Under the pieces are notes generated by a model. It did no database searches. It was not told the DNA's origin and worked only from the letters and a program-made list of their open reading frames with translations. Below are positions 38,785 to 53,734 of a stretch of DNA of 64,000 bases, one piece after another (the stretch's first letter is position 1; every line of letters starts with the position of its first letter). The DNA is from Octopus sinensis (taxonomy: Eukaryota). The DNA is taken from assembly GCF_006345805.1 (NCBI RefSeq), contig NC_043001.1, forward strand, positions 132,556,001 through 132,620,000, written 5' to 3'. The position numbers were made by a program, and so were the translations under genes.

Positions 38785-39744
38785 ACATATATATAATCAT
38801 CATTTAAAGTCCGCTTTCCATGCTAGCATGGGTTGGACGATTTTGACTGAGGGCTGGCGAACCAGGCTCCAATCATGATCTGGCAGAGTTTCTACAGCTG
38901 GATGCCCTTCCTAACGCCAACCACTCCGAGAGTGTAATGGGTGCTTTTTACGTGCCAATATATCATCATCATCGTTTAGCGTCCGCTTTCCATGCTAGCA
39001 TGGGTTGGACAGTTCAACTGTGGTCTGGGAAGCCAGAAGGCTGCACCAGGCCCAGTCTGATCTGGCAATGTTTCTACGACTGGATGCCCTTCCTAATGCC
39101 AACTACTCCATGAGTGTAGTGGGTGCTTCTTATGTGCCACCATGCCGGCGGCACGTAAAAATATATATATATATACAACACACATCAAAACTGGAGAATT
39201 AGCAATGAACTCATTTATTTATGTCATTCTATCATGTGTTTCAATGAAGTTTATATGATTTGAACCTAAATACCAATATCTGCTAGAATAACAAATGTAA
39301 CTATTCAGAACTCTCTAATTTCATTTTTTCTTCGTATACAGGAAAGTCTGACTAAATAACATGGATTCTCTTAACAGCTTTTTTTTTAATGTATGAAGAA
39401 ACATATGCAGTTCTAAATATCAGTAACATGTTGTACAACTCTGACTCTTGGTATGCAAAAGTATATATATGTGAATTGTAACATATTTTATTGAATATGT
39501 TTAACAAATCTGGCATATGACCATATTGTTAGAGTGTTGATCTTCATCATAAGATCCTAGGTTTAGCCCTGGACCATTTGGTGCACTGTATTCTTCAGCA
39601 AAGCATTTCATTTCATTCTACCCAATTGTCTCATCATCTGAAATGTTGGTACAGTCCTTTCTTTCTAGCAGTCACATCCCTGATTCACAGTGGCAACAAT
39701 CGATAATACACACCTGTGTAAATAATTATATATATATATATATA

Positions 39745-40226
39745 TATTGTTATATTTCGGAATGGTCATTTTTGCCAGTTTAGCCAATAAAAACACACGC
39801 ACTATATATTTGGTGTTACTTTGCCTCAGTGTTATTTATTTTTTACATTAATCTTAATCTTATTTCGGCCAGAGTTCTTTCGTCACACTCCTGTGACCGC
39901 ATCAGTGGTCCTTTGTTTTCTTCTCACTTATTTGTGTCTCTCCTTACTAACCGTCAGCCATTTTGTATTTCTATTGTATGTCTTCATTTGCGCATGCTTA
40001 TATCTCTATGTGCGTTTATGTTTATTTAGTGTGACGAAAGAACTCTGGCCGAAATAAGATAAAAGATTAATGTAAAAAATAAATAACACTGAAGCAAAGA
40101 AACACCAAATATATAGTGCGTGTGTTTTTATTGGCTAAACTGGCAATATGACCATTCCGAAATATAACAATATCTGTTTCAACACACGACTTCAAATAAA
40201 AAATCTTGCACAACAAATATTTAAAC

Positions 40227-40228
<2 letters not shown>
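39745..40228. mobile_element. Same family as the 23.5-kb palindrome, with asymmetric arms and a unique spacer, flanked by (TA)n; Penelope-like pLTR derivative
   Basis: Left arm 39745-39977 matches 23499-23730. The right arm begins at about 40030, inside helix II of the hammerhead. It shares the 3' tail atctgtttcaacacacgacttc...atttaaacgta. Confidence 0.8.
39867..39911 (-). ncRNA. Third locus of the A9C hammerhead-like family, cleavage triplet CUC
   Basis: Reverse complement reads GGACCA CUGAUGC G GUCACA GGAG UGUGAC GAA AGAACU C UGGCC. Confidence 0.6.
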
Positions 40229-40257
<29 letters not shown>

Positions 40258-40260
<3 letters not shown>

Positions 40261-41160
40261 TCATCATCATCATCATCGTTTAACGTCCGCTTTCCATGCT
40301 AGCATGGGTTGGACGGTTCAACTGGGGTCTGGCAAGCTCGAAGGCTGCACCAGGCCAGTCAGATCTGGCAGTGTTTCTACAGCTGGATGCCCTTCCTAAC
40401 GCCAACCACTCCGAGAGTGTAGTGGGTGATTTTATGTGCCGCCGACACAGGTGCCAGACGAGGTTGGCAGACGGCCACGCTCGGATGGTGTTTTCTTATG
40501 TGCCACCGACACAGGTGCCAGACGAGGCTGGCGGATGGCCATGCTCGGATGGTGTTTGTTACGTGCCCTCAGCACGGAGGCCAGTCAATGCGGTACTGGC
40601 TATGGTCACGTTCGGATGGTTTTCTTATGTGCCACCGGCACTGGTACCACAAGGATACAAATTCCATTGATGTTCATCTATTTTGATTTGGTTTGATTTG
40701 ATTTGATTTGATTTGATTTTCACTTGCCTCAACAGGTCTTCACAAGTGTCACAAGAAGGAAGGTATGCACAGGTGGACTGACTATGTCCCAGGTAGGGGC
40801 CACGGGTTATGGCTTCACTAGTCTTGCCGGGTCTTCTCACGCACAGCATACTTCCATAGGTCTCGGTCTCTAGTCATTTCCATGGTGAGACCCAACGTTC
40901 GAAGGTCGTGCTTCACCACCTCATCCCAGGTTTTCCTGGGTCTACCTCTTCCACGGGTTCCCTCAACTGCTAGGGATTGGCACTTTCTCACACACCTATC
41001 TTCATCCATTCTCGCCACATGACCATACCAGCGCAATCATCTCTCTTGCACACCACAACTGATGCTTCTTAGGTACAACATTTCTCTCAAGGTACTAACG
41101 CTCTGTCGAGTAAGTACACTGACATTACACATCCATCGGAGCATACTGGCTTCATTCCTC
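40258..41160 (-). mobile_element. 5'-truncated RTE copy
   Basis: MRWYGHVARMDEDRCVRKCQSLAVEGTRGRGRPRKTW plus the 3' UTR subrepeats. Confidence 0.92.
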
Positions 41161-41341
41161 ATATATATATATATATATAGACGTAGGAGTGGCTGTGTGG
41201 TAAGTAGCTTGCTTACGAACCACATGGTTCCGGGTTCAGTCCCACTGTGTGGCACCTTGGGCAAGTGTCTTCTACTATAACCTCGGGCCAACCAAAGCCT
41301 TGTGAGTGGATTTGGTAGACGGAAACTGAAAGAAGCTCGTC

Positions 41342-41481
<140 letters not shown>

Positions 41482-44400
41482 AGTGTGGCTGTGTGGTATG
41501 AAGTTTGCTTCCCAACCACATGGTTCCATGTTCAGTCCCACTGCATGGCACCTCAGACATATCTTCTAATATATAAGTTTATTCACAATTAGATGGTTTG
41601 AAATGAGGGCCTAGTAACTTAGATAATATTCTCTGTATATGATAATTTGTCTCCTATGTAAAAATTACCAGCAAAGCTAAATCATTCGCATCATTTATGT
41701 TAATTATACTGCTTTCCAATTCTCTACCAATTATGATAGTAATATTACAGTCTTCCTTACAGTACAAATTATGATAATGATTCTATAGTTTTCATTTTAA
41801 TCACTTTTGATGCAAATTAAAATGGAAAAGAAGACTAAAAGGGTTAAATTAAACTAGGAGTTCGATTTTCAAATATTTAAGAGATATAAGTCTTAAATTT
41901 ACAGTTTACTGCCTTACAACACAGTAGATGTAGCAATAGTGGGGGAAATGTCTAGCATTATTTTATTAATATCAGTTGCCGTGACAATTGATTATTCATC
42001 TTAAAAAAAAAAGATTTAAAAAAAAAATTTATATAAAGAAATAAATAATATGTTCTGCTTTAATTATTTGACACTTTAAAGCAATTGGTATCACCGACTT
42101 GAAATACGGTTAGCTGTGTTTGCAACAAACATTCACAACAATCAATGTACCGACTTCATTACTGGAAAGTTGTGCTCAGAACCATGAAGCTGGCCTGGTT
42201 TTGAACATAACTTTTGATAATGAAAACCAGAATAATTAACATTTACTTTAATGAGAGATCGATTTCATATCAGGCTAGAATCAACATTATGTTCCTCAAT
42301 CTCATTTGGTTTGGGGACAATGTAAAATATGAATATTGTGTAATTATGGTCATAGATTACAAGAAATAAACAGATACTCATTCAATATTTCTTTTATAAC
42401 AAATTTATCTTTGTTTATGCTGTAAACTTCATGTTGTAGACTTTATTTAACTACTCACAGCACCGAAAATAATATCTGCAGAGTAATATAAATGGGAGCT
42501 TTTTAAAATATCGGCAAAGGAAGTTAAAATAAATCATACTAACAAGAACAAACATTACTGGTTTAATTACTCTTGATCTTTTATTATCCAAAACAAAAAT
42601 CTTTTATTTCATTTATGTAAAGAAACAATATTGAGGCTCTGCAAACTTTCTCCTTTTCACTAAAATTCCAATCAAATTTTATCCATTGTTTAAATTTTAA
42701 AGCTTTTAAAATGCAAATATTTGTCTTTTGACTGGTTGCCGTGAACCAGTAACTTTTTGGCACTTTCCTTGCCAGGATTTCAATATCTAAAGCTATAGAA
42801 TAATTAGAATTGGATTAAAAGATGTGATTATTAAGAAAATAAACCAATCAGGATTCTGGCACATTGATTTGACATAGTAGTCGAAGAATGGGGAAGAACA
42901 TTCTAATAAGATGTTGTGGGGAAAGGTAGTTCTTTTTGTACATCTTTATTTCATCTTAAGTTTAATGATAGGATTAGACTGTGCATAGAAAGGAATCTTA
43001 GCAAAATTTAACAGCAATCTAGGATTCCACAGGAGTTTCAAATAATCCTAGTCAGAGTAATAATACTCTGGGAGAACTGAATACAATAGATTGACCCAGT
43101 GGTTGTAAAGAGACAGACAAGAATCTGTCAAAATTAAAGTACAAGCAGCCACAGCTGGCCAAGGCAATAAGGTGTTGGATGAGTAGACAAAAGATTCTTA
43201 GAATGCACTTTGTCACCAGTGGTATACTTTGCCAGGCACATGGTTTCCTCTAGTGGCTCAAATGATTTAGCTCTTTTACTCTATTACTTGTTTCAGTCAT
43301 TTGACTGTGGCCATGCTGGAGCACCGCCATTAGTCGAGCAAATCGGCCCCAGGACTTATTCTTTGTAAGCCTAGTACTTATTCTATCGGTCTCTTTGCCA
43401 AACTGCTAAGCTACGGGGATGTAAACACACCACCATTGGTTGTCAAGCGATGCTGGGGGGACAAACACAGACGCACAAACATATACACACACACACACAT
43501 ACATACATACATACATACATACATACATACATACATACATACATACATACATGGTGATAGTGGTGGTGATGATGATGATGATGATCCTTGATGCAGTACT
43601 AGACAGTGGCTCTCAGGGCTTCTGATCTTAACTGATTGGAAGTGTTACCATTTGACTCCAGCATGGCCGCAGTCAAATGACTGAAACAAGTAAAAGAGTA
43701 AAGAAGTAAATTTGAAGCAGACAGTGGCTTACTTTGTGATTATTAAACATTCATAGTAGTAACTAGTTAAAATTTTGTGTCAAGAGAGTAAAGGAAGCTA
43801 GCAATTTCCCCAGCAGCAAAACTGTACTATGGTGAAGTATTTATTGTTGAACTTAAATACAATAAATATTACTTGTGGTACTAAGATGGACACAAGTCAT
43901 TATCTCACTTCTCACCAGAATTTGTAAAAGAGCTATAGAAAAGTTTTCAGTAGATTCGAATCAAAATACCAGCATGGGTAGAGGATAAAGTACTGGTCAG
44001 TTGAGGTGGTGAATTGGCAGAGGTTATTAAAGTATTGGATAAAGTGCCAGGTGGTATTTATTCTAACCTTCTGCACTCTGAGTTCAAATACTGCTGGGGT
44101 CAATTTTACCTTTCATTCTTTCAGAATCAATAAAAGATTATCAATCTAGAGTGGGAGATTGGTGGAATTAGAGGGGCTAGGAGTTAAGAGTCAAGGAAAA
44201 CAGGAAGAATACTGATTTCAAATTTTGGGACAAGGCCAGCAATTTCAGGGGAAGGGACAAGCCAATTACAAAGTCGACCCCGGAAGAATTCAAATCAGAA
44301 TGTAAAGATGAACGAAATACCACTCAGTATTTTTCCTGGCATGCTAATAATTCTGCCAGCTTGCCATCAAAGCAGGAAGTATATTAAAAAGGTAAAATGC

Positions 44401-46901
44401 TTCTTTTGTCCCTCATAACTGAGAATCAAAGTTAATGGTGATTGCTAGAGTTGTTGGTTGGTTGGCATCCTTTTTGTCTCGGGAGACAATGGAGTTGCGC
44501 ATAAAGTAGTCTAGTCCGGCTTTTATATTTCATGTCCTGATACATTTCCTGCTGTGGCTGTGTAGTCCTATCCTGGACAAACACTCCCTCTGGCAGGTAC
44601 CGCAAATGTAGTGAAGACTGTTCCTGGCTGGTTGTAATGCCATAGTTTCTTGTTGACATCTCTTCTTTTCTTTCCATTTCTCCTCTCTCTCTCTGTCACT
44701 CTTTTGTATTCCCTCTTTTACGGTACGTCGCCAGTCTCCACGGTTGCCGGCAACTGCCTCCCAACCGCTAATATTGATGTTGCAGCCTTCATGTCCCTTT
44801 TGCAAACTCAAACATATAGACAAAGCTAGTAAGACTCAACAGAATTTTTTTTTATGACACTAGCAGAAGCTGAACACAAAATGCAAGGTTACAAAACGAA
44901 TATAAATTTTAGTGTTGTGATTGCTTGAGAGAGGGGAACTCTATCACCTTGATCAAACTTAAAATCAATAAAACTGAGTTATTGAGGGTTAATTATATTT
45001 GGTGTTAATGTTTAACTCTAGGCTGATTCTGACCAAAATGGACCAAGAGTAATTGCACTCCAGCCATGACCATTCTTTCGATTTGTATATTAGGGACTAC
45101 ACTACTCAACACAGTGGTTCACAACCATTTTTTACTAATGACACATATTTGGGGCAAATAAAATAAGCATTGAAAAAGATATTTCTGTATTTTAGCTTAT
45201 AAATATAATTTAAATAACAGAAAATCATTTAATATGTCTTTCTTCAATAACTGAAGTATGATTGTTATGCGTAACACCATTTTTGTTCTTAGGTAGTAAT
45301 TGTTATTTCCTAGTTGCTTACCCTTAGAAAGTATGAAATATGGCAAATATTTCCTATACAATATTTATTTATTTATTCAAAGCCCAAAGAATCTCCTCAA
45401 CACATGGCGATGATGCTCCCCCACTAATCCTGCTTATGATCAGAGATGCATATATTGTCAGCCTCTAAGAAACATGCTCAAGTGGTTGAGGTCAAGCAAT
45501 TGACAAGCTAATCTGCGGTATTGAGCAGAATATTTGCTATAATGACATAATCTGTCTGAAATGTAATGGAAAATAGGTCAATTTCGAAACATTGATGTCC
45601 AGGTCAGAAAAGCCAAAGTTTGAAGAGAATAGTAGTCATTTCCTTTGATTTCGAGATAGAAACAAATAAATAGGAAATAACGTTTTCTGACCAAAGACAA
45701 AAAAAAAAAAAAATTATAATTTTGCTACACAGTTTTATTAAAACTTTATATTCAGAATTTTTGTTTATATTATACATATTTTTTTAAAGTAGAGTTTATT
45801 ATTTTCTACATATTCCTATCTACATCTTGTAACACATCAGCACCTTGTAACACATCAGAAACCATAAAAGCAGAGTACGATTTGATTACTGCTTCAAGCA
45901 AGTCAAGCATAGATGCTTCCTTATTGGTTTATAATATATTGACTGTGAACAGAGCTCAATGTTATCAATGTAATTTGAACAAATAAAGCATTCAGCTGTT
46001 TGTCCAGCTTTAATCGAGATCATTTGCACTTGCTACAAAAGACACTGAATATATCTCATTTGTCAGAAGAATGTATGAACTTTTCAAGAGAACATAAAAG
46101 AATTTGTATTTTTGGAATTCGATCTTGAAGTACATATAAAGCTATAAATGGAAGCATGTAATTATTGGGATGCAAAACCCTTTTGGATGGAGCAAGCTGA
46201 AGGCTGTTAGAGGGGACCCAAAAGGGGTTTTCAAGCCAATATTTACATGCTATTATCTATGGCTTTTATATGTACATCAAGATCCAATTCCAAAACAAAA
46301 TTATTTCATATATATATATATACATTATTTCATATATATATATATATACATTAGAAGAAATGAGGTAATCAGAAGATCGGATGGTTTATATTTACAGATA
46401 TCTATTTATATATTACATTTTTTATATATATATATATCATATCACTTAGATCATTAGCGCTTTCTCCCATTCTTTATATATTTGGATATATATATACATA
46501 TATATATATGAATAATGGAAGATGGAATATATATATATTTATATTTCCATCTTCCATCTTTCATTTGCCATATACAAACACACACACACACACACGGACA
46601 GAGAGGCAAAAGCTCAGAATAAAACTGGTGATTCAGCTACAAAAATTTATTATGACATCACAAATGTTTTGTAACCAGATCCTCTGTTTTATGGAGATCT
46701 TGGACATGTACTCTGTCATCAATTCAACTGTACATTATATGAAATGAAAATTGGAGAATAATCTATGTTAATACCTGACTGAAAGTAGCATGTACGTGGA
46801 TTTACTTGGAGTTCCAGCCAAGGGCTAACTGTTCTGCTTGTTAAACAATTACATTTTAAAAGAGCAACTTTTCAGTACATGCATGCACACACAGACACAC
46901 A

Positions 46902-46939
<38 letters not shown>

Positions 46940-47176
46940 ACACACACACACACTCGTGTGTGTGTGTATATATATATATACTCAAGAAATATATATAAAA
47001 TAATATAAATTAAATTAATTTTATGTATTGGCTTATGTTTTTCATTGTTTGATTTGCCTAATAGTGGTTTTATCTCTAATTTAATATAATATAATATAAT
47101 ATATTTATACTATAAAATTGGATTTAATCCTAAATCTGATTTTTCCCTATAAGTTTGGATTTATTCCCTAATATTT

Positions 47177-47220
<44 letters not shown>

Positions 47221-47459
47221 CTTGAGTGTCACTTATGATGTGGTAGGCAGAGGGATTTTGTTTAGTTATGATGTTCAACTACACACAAACACACACACAT
47301 GCACACACACACACACACAGACACACACATACACATACACACACAAATATACAGAGAGAGAGAGAGAGTGTGTGTGCGTGTGTATATATGCGTGTGTGTA
47401 TATATGTGTGTGTGTACATGCATATGTGCGTGTGTGTTGTATAACTTCATAAGCAATGT

Positions 47460-47660
47460 TTAACTCTTTTCTGCCATTGCAAACCAAAGATACTGGCACA
47501 GCCTGGCTACAAGTATCATAGGATACTGTCAATTAGTCCTGGTATAGGAGATCCTGTTCTAGTCTCTTCTCTTCCAGCTTTTTCATCCAATTTGACTCAG
47601 CAGCATTTATACCATTCTTTATAGCCCTCTACCGTTTGTTTGCAATGGTAGAGAACTGAT
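47460..47660. mobile_element. Short TIR element (MITE)
   Basis: Ends TCTTTTCTGCCATTGCAAAC / GTTTGCAATGGTAGAGAA. Confidence 0.45.
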
Positions 47661-48199
47661 CCAATTGACACGTCAGCAAATTTTTTATAAGCTTACAATA
47701 CAGAATATAGGACTCAGTAGAATATAACAGATATAAGACAGAGAGAGGATAGTATGACTTCTAGTTAAACTGTGCATTTTGTTGACAGTATTATACCATG
47801 GTTTTTTTCTATAATCAGACACTGAGCTTCTCAAGGGTGACTGTAGTTGATTGTGCATTGCAATCCATTTCTATGCCCAGACTGTTGTCAGAAATAAACC
47901 TGTATAAATATATGAACATTTTCACCATACAAAGGGGCTAATTTGCAAACATGATGATTAGATGTTTGTGCTCCAGGACCCTAGATTAAGGTTGGTACAG
48001 GACTTCAGTATTTTTTTAATATCTTGGTAAGCCAAAAACTCATGCCACACACAGAAAAAGGTGTACAATTTTCTGGATAAGTAATGATGTGTAAATATTT
48101 GTGCATGAGTGGATGGGGAGGTGTTGAACATATGTAAACTAAGAGGCATAACAAAGTGTATCAATAGGAGTATTGGCAAAATTAGTTTTGCTGATAACT

Positions 48200-48224
48200 C
48201 AGACCTAGTGGCTCATTCCCATAC

Positions 48225-48263
<39 letters not shown>

Positions 48264-48535
48264 CATGCACACACATATTCAATATATATATATATAAACA
48301 TATGCATCTTTGTGTGTAAATGTACACATGCAAATATATTATATATATGCATATATATATATATATGCAAATACATTATATACATACATACATACATACA
48401 TATATATATATATATGTATATACATACATATACATACACACATATACATATATAAGCATACAAGCATACATATGTATACATTCATATATATATATATATA
48501 TATATGCACTCACACATATATACATATCCATACAC

Positions 48536-48573
<38 letters not shown>

Positions 48574-48650
48574 ATATATAAACACACAGTTTATATGTTC
48601 ACATACTCACATGCACACACACACTCATATATAGATATATACATACATTA
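48200..48650. repeat. Compound (TA)n/(CA)n/(CATA)n microsatellite; similar tracts at about 3513-3600, 8400-8600, 11101-11290, 33395-33600, 41345-41480, 50950-51640, 54945-55335, 60290-60430 and 61373-61508
   Basis: Visible directly in the sequence. Confidence 0.97.
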
Positions 48651-51600
48651 GGTCTCTCGATAACTTTTTCACTTTCTCTTTCTCCCAACTGCACGTAAAT
48701 TTGCTCAGTACAGTATATATTTTAACCTCTTAACCAAATTTACTTCATTATCTTAAAATTTTGTTACTCTTCATATTAGTTGTACACAAAAACCTTTATT
48801 AAAAAATGTATTATTTTTGGTTTTCAGTCTTATAATGCTTAACCATTATGAAATATAAAGAAAATAGCAGTCTCCTTAAAAGTAGATAGCCTCAACTTCA
48901 GCATCTAATAATTCAATTAAAGTTACATCAAACCCTGAACAAGACGAATGTTAATATGGCTTGAATATGCACAATGATAACTAAAATATAACAATGGTCC
49001 CTATACATATTTAGCCATATGAGTCAATAAGAATAGTCTTAAGAGTTGGCAGGGGTTGTGTAAGACTGGAAATAAAAACAGGAGAGATATATGTTAGCAT
49101 GCTGTAAGAGAAAATGAAAACTAATGTTTTGGATAGCTTTCTTTGTCAGAGAAGGAAAAAAAAAATGTGTGTGACTGTATCTAAATGAATTTTCGTTCAA
49201 GTATGTATCTATCCATATTTTAGCATGTGGAAAATTCCATTTCCAAAAGACACACTTCCTCTTCAGGACAACAAAATAGTTTGGAAGTGATCAGGATGGG
49301 AGGTTTTCTTAACTAATCACGACGAAACTTAATTAGAAAGACTTTTTGTGCAGTGCACACGTATCTACAACATAACTACTGCATCTCACACCAAAAACCC
49401 TGCTTTATATTTTTCTCAGCCCTTTCTCCCCAGGACTCAATGCTCTGAGATTTCCTCACTGTTGATATTTTATCCCACAGGTTCACTGCTATGAGATGGC
49501 ATGCAAAGGTGTGTGCTGCTACACTTCCTCCAAATAAATATAAATATACACACAATAAAGTCCTTTGAAGCTGCAACCACTGTCTCAGTTAATAAGAGTA
49601 TTTGCAATGATGCAATTCTATCAAATATAATGCCAAACAAAAATTACCCAACAACAAGGAATAAAAGAATACAAATTTTTATACTTTATAAAACAATTTC
49701 CCCCAAATATAGCCAACTGGCTGGAATAAGCAAGAATAAAAGATAATAAATAATAATTAAATAAAGTGGAATGGAAATATTTCTAATAGAATAGTAAATT
49801 AACATGTTTTTAACAAACCTTGTTTTATTTTCGTTTTTTTTTTTTGCGACAAGTTCAAAGTAGGGATCAATACTCTTAAAACCCTTTAATTATCAGCTCC
49901 CTTTCTTACTTCCATATATTCATAGATTAATTAACAAACTTTGGAAACATTGCTTTGTTTCAGCGAAGATAATATACATGATTTGTTACTCTGGAGGCTA
50001 ACAATAACGTGAAATGTCTTTTTTTCCCTTTTTTCATTTCCTCTTTTATTATTATTTCTTAATTCGATTTTTTTCCCTGCAAAAATCCACACTGTGAATA
50101 ACTCTGCAATCAAATGAGGAAGCATCAGACTTTGAGCAGGGGTTTTAACTGCAAGAAATAACAGCCAACTCACCCTGAAATCACAGTCTGCTATCTTTAA
50201 AAAGAAAATCAAAGGACATACTGGAGCCCTAGATATGGTTGGAATGCTTTTGATAATAAGGTCTAGTGGATCAGGTTTGACCTAGAGTTAAATGAAAACA
50301 AGCAACAAAAACAGCAGCTCTCTACAGAGTGAGTGACAAACTTGAAGCAGTGATGGTGATGGAGGTGGAAGAGAATTTGATGTAGCAGTTAGTTGCCATC
50401 ACACAGCAGTCAGTTAAATTAACTAATAAACACATACCGCAAAGTCTGCTCTCTCAGTTCTCAAAGTTGGGAGTTGTCTGAGTAACTGTAGTTGGTTGCT
50501 TTCAGAGAATAGTTAATATTTTCTTTTACTATTTGCAGTAATATTGAGCAGAAAATAAAATACTATAATAAATAGTGAAATAATAAAATATTCCACAGGA
50601 AACAAACATAGAGTGTGTGCTCACATATACGTGTATGTCCACGTATGTGTGAGCAAGTGTGTGTCTCTGAGAGATGAGTGTGTGTGCATGTATTCTCCAG
50701 TGCGTGTATGCGAGTGTGTACATATGCATATGTTTTTATATGTCCCTGTATATGTGTATCAGACAGAATATACAAACGTTATTTTCCATAAACAGTAGAC
50801 AACACAATAACAAGTATGTGAGAGTGTGATTGGAGGTTCACATTCTTCTTTTAAATCACTTTTCCGAATTTTATTTCTGAGTGTGAAAACAAACATATAC
50901 AGGCCTTTTGCTTGTAGTATTAAATTAAAACATATTTATGTACCTAAATGCATGCATAGATACATACACACATACACACAAACACACACACACCACACAC
51001 ACACATACAGACATACACACACACACATATATATATATGCATATATATATATATATATATAATATATATATATATATATGCATATATATATATGTATATA
51101 TAATATATATTATATACATATATATACGTATATATATGTATAAATATTACACACACATATATATATACATACATATTTATATATGTATACATGTATAAGT
51201 ATATGTACGTATTTTTATTTATATTATATATAAATAAAAATATGTACATATATTTATATATGTATATACATATATATATATAAATAAAAATATGTACATA
51301 TAGTTATAGATATAAATATATATGGTATTACCTATATACGATGTATACATATATAGATAATGATATGTATATTAGTATATATAGATAGATACTTATATAT
51401 AATACATATATACATGTACATATGTATATGTATATATTGATATAGATACTTATATATATATACATATATACATATATACATATACATGTGTATATATATA
51501 TGTATATATGTGTATATATATATGTATGTATATATTTATGTGTGTGTATATATATATGTGTGTATATATATATATATATGTATGTATGTATATATTTATT

Positions 51601-51634
<34 letters not shown>

Positions 51635-51744
51635 CTATACAAAAAGTGAACAAAAAGTGCAGAATCCCCAAAACAGAAAAACCATTATCAGAAAAATAAA
51701 AAGAACAAACAAAAAAATTACAAACTAAAGTACTGCCAACAGCA

Positions 51745-53730
51745 ACACACACATTCGACGGCTATCGCCTGCTTGATCCAAAAAATATAACCTCCAACAA
51801 TGCATGAAGACCTCATCATAACCAAAGATCAGCTGAGGAGAAGTGGGCCATTGAAAAAATCAAACTCAACCCCAGTGTTCTTTTCATTTGCGAGAAACGC
51901 AGGGTCACTGTCTCCACTGTAGGCCCTCTAATTGACGAAACTGGCACTCTCCAAGATAATGCCAAATCCATGGCGAGATACTGCAGAAACAATACTGCGC
52001 TGTTTTCAGCAATCCTGATATGGCCGATCTGGGCTGTATCAGTGATGTCAACCCCAACACACTATATCGGACATAACGTTTAGTGCCCCTGATGTCTTAG
52101 CGGCGGCGATAAAAAAATAAAACACAATTCAGCAGTAGGCCCCGATAGGTTCCCTGCTTGTGTCCTGAGGTGTGTCGACACCAACTTGCATCTCCCCTTA
52201 CTAATCTGTGAGAAACTCACTGGAATGCTGGCTATATTCCAAAAAACCTTCTGTCCCAGTCTGTTGTCCCAGTTTTCAAAAGGGAACAAGTCCCTTGCAG
52301 TGAATTACCGTCCGATCTCACTCACCTCTCATATCATCAGGTTTTGAGAGGGTGGTGAGATCTCGAATAACCAATTTCTGGAAAGCAAACAGACGCTGAT
52401 CTCCAACCAACATGGGTTCCGTAATGGAAGGGACTGCCTAACGCAGCTCCTGCATCACTTTGAGGACATTTTGAGAGCTTTGGGAGAGGGCTCCAACACC
52501 GATGTCATCTACCTTGATTTCAGTAAGGCCTTCGACAGGGTCGATCACAAGATCCTATTGAAAAAACTATCCAACATGGTGTCTCTGGAAAGTTACTGAA
52601 ATGGATTAAGTGTTTCCCTGACAGACAGATCTCAACATGTTGTAGTTGAAGGGGTAAAATCAAGCCCAGCCAAAGTCGTAGGGGCGTTCCGCAAGGCACT
52701 GTGCTGGGCCCACTTCTTTTTCATCTTTACATTAATGACATTAATGACATCATCAAGCACAGCAACATAAAAATCTTTGCAGATGACTCCAAGCTACAGA
52801 AGGTCATATGAGGCGATGACGGACATGCCTTCAGTCAGATCTACTGGCTGTTATCCAATGGCAGAAAAAAACATATGCTGCTGAACGAGGATAAATTTGA
52901 GCTAATCCACTTTGGAAAAGGGATGCCCTGAACTCCCATACTCCCTTCTTCAGGTGAAACTCTCCGCGGCGTCCAACAACATCAGAGACTTGGGAGTAAT
53001 TGTGGACAACACGAAGCTGGGCCACTCATATAAACACCAAAGTTGACATGGCCCGCAGAATGTGTTCCTGGATTCTCAGAACTTTCCAGTCGAGAGATAT
53101 CACACCATTATCCTTCCTTCTCCACTTTTGCCGACCCCACCTTGAATACTGTTGTCCACTGGTTCTCCCCACACAATACAAGGTATCATAAGTTGAAGCA
53201 CCTCAAAGGGCAATCACAAAAAGATAGACGGCATGACAGGCCTCGACTATTGGGGTCGGCTAGAAAAGCAAAACTCTATTCTTCCAACGTCGTCGTGAGC
53301 GCTACATTCATCGCATGATGTGGAAAATATTCCATCAGCATTGCCCAAATGATGTTGGCATCACCTTTAAGGTACATCCAAGGCTTGGGCCCCGTGCCAT
53401 CCGCCCAAAACAAAAATCGCACTCTCATCTCATAACAACAATATGGCACAATTATTTCACCTCAATTGGCCCCGCTCTCTTTATAACATTACACCAAAAC
53501 ACATTAAAACAGAAACTGACCCTATAGGGTTCAGAAGTCTTTGGACGATTCCTTCAAGAAATCCCGGATAAACCCCCTACCCTGGATATGTCTCGTAAAC
53601 AATAACTCTCTACTGAGTGGGCCATGTGCCCAAATCTGACTTGAAAGACTTCACCAGGTGGTGCTATAAGTTAGACTGGCTTGGGCCAATAATGGCCGAA
53701 ACCTATCAAAGTATCAAAGTATCAAAGTAT
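51745..53730 (+). mobile_element. CR1-group LINE (RT through 3' end with an (ATCAAAGT)n tail), many 1-nt frameshifts
   Basis: NYRPISLTSH, NQHGFR...[30 protein letters not shown] and IFADDSK in shifting frames. Confidence 0.92.
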
Positions 53731-53734
53731 ACAT

